Below are positions 58,238-64,000 of a DNA stretch of 64,000 nt, one piece after another; within the stretch, counting starts at the first letter, position 1; every line of letters begins with the position of its first letter. The stretch spans positions 287,370,001 to 287,434,000 of the forward strand of contig OZ024742.1 of the NCBI GenBank assembly GCA_964016885.1, in the 5' to 3' direction. This DNA is from Eledone cirrhosa (lineage: Eukaryota). The position numbers and the translations under genes were made by a program. The notes beneath the pieces were generated by a model that worked only from the letters and a program-made list of their open reading frames with translations, was not told the DNA's origin and did no database searches.

Positions 58238-58686
58238 TAATATTAATAATAACGGATTATTTCGAAATTTTGCCGATGTTAATGGCTTAACAATTTTCAG
58301 GATCCAACCGTATTGTAGAAACTTCTAAATAAATATTCATTATTAATATTAAACCTCTCTATATAAATGGAAGCTGTCTGTATATACATCTGCTTTGCAC
58401 CCAGGAATTAGAAAACTAACAGCCACAAAACATATATTATTATTCCCCATCACGCAGGTCAGGTTGTGCTAACATTTAATATGATGTATAAAATAGTAAT
58501 TTATATAAAAACTAACTGTTTGTATTTCTGTATACACACGCGCGCACACACACACAAATATATATATATAGGTATTAGAGCTTCCGATTCCAGTGTCAGA
58601 ATGGAACATTCCTTGAGCTGATCGGCATTGAAACATATGTAATATGTTATTAAATATGTATATGACGCAACACTAATTCTTTGTTC

Positions 58687-58719
<33 letters not shown>

Positions 58720-58726
<7 letters not shown>

Positions 58727-59036
58727 AAAAAAAGATGAAATCGAAAATGCAACAGGAGTCTTATTTTTTTAAAAAATATATATATTTATTTGGTTCCTTT
58801 ACCGGTTTCGAAACCGTATATGACAACATGACAACACTCTCTATATGACAACACTCTTTTACTTTCCGTATTTACCTTCCTTTACCGACTGCGAAACCGG
58901 TAAAGGAACCAAATAAATATATATATTTAAAAAAAAATAAGACTCCAGTTGCATTTTCGATTTCATCTCTTTTTCTTTATACTTTCACTCGTGTAGGACA
59001 CCTCGGTTATTTTTCAATTTGTAAAGAAACCCTCAC

Positions 59037-59042
<6 letters not shown>
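58720..59042. mobile_element. Fold-back pLTR (arms of about 90 bp, truncated within the HHR) with templated filler and tail
   Basis: Arms 58720-58810 and 58892-58981. The right arm begins at cGAAAC-cg-GTA. Confidence 0.8.
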
Positions 59043-59123
<81 letters not shown>

Positions 59124-60100
59124 GTAAACAGAAATAACAAAGCAAACGACACACTACATTGGAGAAATATATTAGTTTAACGCTTGAAATAGCAGGAAAA
59201 GATTCTTAGCGTTTCGGACACTAGTCTTTCATCAGAAGATAGAGTTATAAATAGATAGATAAAGAGTGAGAACGAGGAAAAAGAGAAAAGAGAGGAGACA
59301 AAAACACGCCAAAAACGATGACAGAAATTATAAACTGTAAAATCAAATATATAATTGCGAGTTCGAATCCTTCGCGCACCACGAAAGAATTTTGCTCATT
59401 ATAAGTGATTCGTTGCATAAAGGCATAAGGCGATCCTAAAATAGAGGCTATGGAGTATCCCAGAGTAAAAAAAAAAATCGAAAATCGAAAATCAGAAGGG
59501 TTCGAATCTTGTCAAATGTGCTGTGCTGGTATGTTCCAGCCATGTTATATTACTGGTTCATATATTGATTTTACTCTCAGCTCTCGAATAATCATGCCCT
59601 ACTAATTTTTCAGATTTTTTCCACCATCCCCCGCTCTTATTCCACCCCGCTTATTAAATTTTGCTAATCTATCTCTGGCGCAATTATTGCGACTATTAAT
59701 TTTCTTTATACATTAAAAAAACATTATACATGATAAAAAAAAAAGTACATTACTAGAAACCCCATACATTTTAAAATAAATAGGATGGGTAAACTAAACA
59801 ACTAATTCTGGTTTAAAAAAAAAAATCAATAGAGACAAACTAGAAAAATTACCAATTTTCCAACCCCCTGCTTATTCACCCCTCCCCCTCGCTTATTCCA
59901 ACTCCCCCACTTATTCCATCCGCATTATTATTTGGGACCCGAGAGAGTACTTAATTAAGTTGGACACACCATTTTGTAGAGAATAAACACCGTTCTATTA
60001 AATAAAATAAACGGCGAGACGAGATATGTCGGTACGTATTCGTAACATTTATTTATAAAAAAATAGTTTCCCATTTTCATACAATTGTTTACATTGATAT

Positions 60101-61328
60101 ATACATTAGGGAACACAGCCGGACTCATACATTAGGGAACTCATACGTACACATACATTAGGGAACACAGACGTACTCATACATTAGGGAACACAGACGT
60201 ACTCATACATTAGGGAACTCATACGTACACATACATTAGGGAACTCATACGTACACATACATTAGGAAACACAGACGTACACATACATTAGGGAACACAG
60301 CCGTACTCAAACATTAGGGAACTCATACGTACACATACATTAGAGAACTCATACGTACACATACATTAGGGAACACAGACGTACACATACATTAGGGAAC
60401 TCATACGTACACATACATTAGGGAACACATACGTACACATACATTAGGGAACACATACGTACACATATATTAGGAAACACAGCCGTACTCATACATTAGG
60501 GAACTCATACGTACACATACATTAGGGAACACATACGTACACATACATTAGGGAACACAGACGTACACATACATTAGGGAACTCATACGTACACATACAT
60601 TAGGGAACACATACGTACTCATACATTAGGGAACACAGCCGTACTCATACATTAGGGAACTCATACGTACACATACATTAGGGAACACATACGTACTCAT
60701 ACATTAGGGAACTCATACGTACACATACATTAGGGAACACATACGTACACATACATTAGGGAACACAGACGTACTCATACATTAGGGAACTCATACGTAC
60801 ACATACATTAGGGAACTCATACGTACACATACATTAGGGAACTCATACGTACACATACATTAGGGAACACAGCCGTACTCATACATTAGGGAACTCATAC
60901 GTACTCATACATTAGGGAACACAGACGTACTCATACATTAGGGAACACAGACGTACTCATACATTAGGGAACTCATACGTACACATACATTAGGGAACTC
61001 ATACGTACACATACATTAGGGAACACATACGTACACATACATTAGGGAACACAGACGTACTCATACATTAGGGAACTCATACGTACACATACATTAGGGA
61101 ACACATACGTACTCATACATTAGGGAACACAGCCGTACTCATACATTAGGGAACACAGCCGTACTCATACATTAGGGAACTCATACGTACACATACATTA
61201 GGGAACACATACGTACTCATACATTAGGGAACACAGCCGTACTCATACATTAGGGAACACAGCCGTACTCATACATTAGGGAACTCATACGTACACATAC
61301 ATTAGGGAACACAGACGTACTCATACAT
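60101..61328. repeat. 26-bp minisatellite ATACATTAGGGAAC(A/T)CA(G/T)(A/C)CGTAC(A/T)C, about 47 copies
   Basis: Direct reading; one TTAGGG per unit. Confidence 0.95.
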
Positions 61329-61697
61329 GGTTTCTGATTTAGGCACAAGGCCAACAATTTTAAGGAGGGGGAAAGTCGATTAAGTCGACTCCAGTGCATT
61401 ACTGGTACTTTATTTTATCGACCCCGTTAGGATGAAAAGGAAAGTTGACCTCGGCGGGATTTGAACCCCAGAACAGGAGCAACTTTGTAACTAACTTTCA
61501 TAACACAAATGTCTTTGTATTTGTTATTTTCAACCTCACCCATATGACGTCTATCTACTAAATAGGGCTCAAGGTTTTAAGACTAACTGAACCCCACTCC
61601 CGCCCATGATAGTTATGCTGACAAGCACGAGTAAGGCAGTTAACCTCTTTTTACTCGAAAGTAAACAAATCCTTTAGGATACTCAAACAGACACATA

Positions 61698-61734
<37 letters not shown>

Positions 61735-61783
61735 GATAGATGTACATACATTTATATATATGCATATATTCATATATATAAAT

Positions 61784-61877
<94 letters not shown>

Positions 61878-62799
61878 TTGTATGCATACTCACATACACA
61901 CACAATATATATATATATATATTATATATATTATATATATAACTACATTTATGTATACGTAAATGAAATACGTATGTGGAAAAAGTGACGGGATTGTTTA
62001 TAGGATCCTACAATATCTCACTTATTTAATTACATTTATTTATTTGTATGTATACATATGGGCGCATATGGGCGCATATGGGTACATATGGGTATATAGG
62101 GATACATAGGGGTACATAGGGGTACATTCAAGGTCTATTATACATAAGGAATTAGATGACCCATAGTCGATTTTGACAATGAATGTTCTTTCAACGGAAC
62201 AACCTGCTGATGAAATTAACGTGTATCTCTTAACACATTTCTCAGGGTGATTCTGCATGATACAATGTGTGACAAGTTAGTTACTTTGAAATATAGTTAC
62301 AGTCCATCTGGTGGACTTGCAAACAGTTTCCTTCTGCATAAGTTCATTCATAAGACTTGACTCCAACCCGAGTCTATAGTGAATGACACTTGCCCAAGAT
62401 ACCACACCATGTGGTGGGATATATCTCATCTTCCTTCAGTATTCAGTATTTAAATTGTGTTTATTTTATTGACCACAGAAGGATAAAAGACGTTGTCTTT
62501 TTTTTTTTACTTTATTTGAAATATTCCAGGATAAAAGTCCAATACAAAAAGTCGCAGGAGAAAAAGTAACATTATCATTATCATGAACAAAGGTTTTCGT
62601 GAGTTTGAGAAAGTACCAGATTGATGGCTGGCTCAAATAAGACCGCCGAAACTGTAATATGGTGAGAGGAATGAACAAGAACGGGTTAACAAAGGACGCA
62701 TTCAGGCCTTAGGTAGTGGGACCTCTTCCAAAGATATATTGCAGTCTCTATTTCATGTCGAAAAAAACTGGCGATGGGTCTGCGGCTTGTCCTGTGAGG

Positions 62800-63750
62800 C
62801 ATGAGATGAACGCATAAAGATTATGTTCTGAGAAGATGGCATTGGTTAGCTTAGTATCTACGGTTATTTTAAATCCTAAGTTACTAAAAGTAAGTAGTAG
62901 TTCTTTGCGGAAATTATCCACAGAATGTCCGTTGTCGTCATAGAATACTGCCAAACCATCATCGCGATAGAGACCAATAGTCTAGTTGGGGAATTTTCCT
63001 TTAAGGATATGAAGGATAAAAGTCCAAGCAAATTGCGCACACCGGCAGTATGAAATGATCCCATATACATAGAAAGTATCTTCTGGGTTTGATTTTTTAA
63101 CCCAGGTTATCTCATTAGTAAATAGGAGGGTCTTTCTGGCGTGCGTCATGAATTATATTTCTTGGTCAGTAATTGAACCAAATCCGCAGGTGGACTCCAG
63201 AGCCTTAGCTAATAGTGAACTAGTGATGGAGGTATAAATGTCTGTTATATCGAATTGTGTAAACCTCACCTTATATTTCTCTGGAATATCATTAAACCAA
63301 CCTATTAGAATTCTTCCACTGCAAGTGATCAGTATTATTCTTAAAGGGCGGTGGATTGGCAGTATCGGTAGAGGGTCGGACGCCATGCTTTGCAGCACAG
63401 AGTTACGGCCCTTCATGGTCTGAGTTCAAATCCTGCCGAGGTTAACGTTGCCTTTCATCCTTACGGGGTCGATAAAATAAAGTTCCAGTAATACACTGGG
63501 ATAATTGCTGGCTTTGTGCCAAAAGTAGAAACAATTATTCTTAATAAGTGTATTTATCTCTCTTAATATCTTCTTACAGGCTAATATTATTTCGGTTCTT
63601 GTGGGGTTAATTAATTTACGAGTGGGTCTGTTATTAAAGTCCAGTTTATGATCTTTCAGGTGATGTAAGCATTACGTTTAAGCAAGGTTTTCGGTTCTAT
63701 TATCTCTTACGATGCGCTTAGCTTCATCATTAATTTACATTCCTATTGGT
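62800..63750 (-). pseudogene. Penelope-like element 6: decayed RT (PLE4 type) interrupted by a SINE
   Basis: LKDHK..KLINPT, WFNDIPEK..FTQFDITDIYTSIT, MGSF and YRDDGLAV in shifting frames. Confidence 0.8.
63345..63533 (+). mobile_element. Family-A SINE with 11-bp target-site duplication
   Basis: attattcttaa at 63334-63344 and 63534-63544. Confidence 0.9.
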
Positions 63751-64000
63751 TCTCTGATTTGTTTTGGTGAGTTTCCAAATAACGTTGGGGTCTACTGGCC
63801 GTGGCACATTGTTTTTCCACCCTTCCAACAAGAAGTAATGTCAAAGAGACCATCATTGGCAACATGTTGTGCCTTCTATGATGACTACTAAGACGAGCTT
63901 CATTGAGGCACACTCAAAGCACATGAATATATATATATATGTACACATTTCTTCTAGTTTATTTTACACCTAATTCTGTTTAGTTGACTGTATATCTGGT

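Noticed and set aside
59355-59382. tRNA gene (gcgagttcgaatccttcgcgcacca)
   Set aside because: Only a T-arm/B-box-like piece; no cloverleaf could be built upstream.
60101-61328. Telomere tract or CRISPR array
   Set aside because: TTAGGG is not contiguous and there are no unique spacers.

Overview
AT-rich eukaryotic repeat-dense DNA with no recognisable host gene. The (TA)n/(CA)n/(TACA)n microsatellite load and the SINE families suggest a cephalopod (octopus-like) genome; this is inference. The window is dominated by Penelope-like retroelements (PLEs: RT plus C-terminal GIY-YIG), mostly 5'-truncated and inserted into (TA)n tracts as fold-back structures with 3' ends pointing outward. Many carry type I hammerhead ribozymes (HHRs). 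The main feature is a 7.2-kb non-coding array (38504-45712) of a 465-bp monomer, each with one intact minimal HHR at the tip of a long RNA stem, arranged as two inverted arms (7 + 8 ribozymes) inside a (TA)n tract. A diverged second insertion (53509-54675) has the same termini and structure-preserving substitutions. This fits a retrozyme-like, probably circular-RNA-templated, PLE-mobilised element. Also present are Helitrons, MITEs, two SINE families, RTE/CRE/R4-type LINE fragments and several minisatellites. All motif calls were read by eye.
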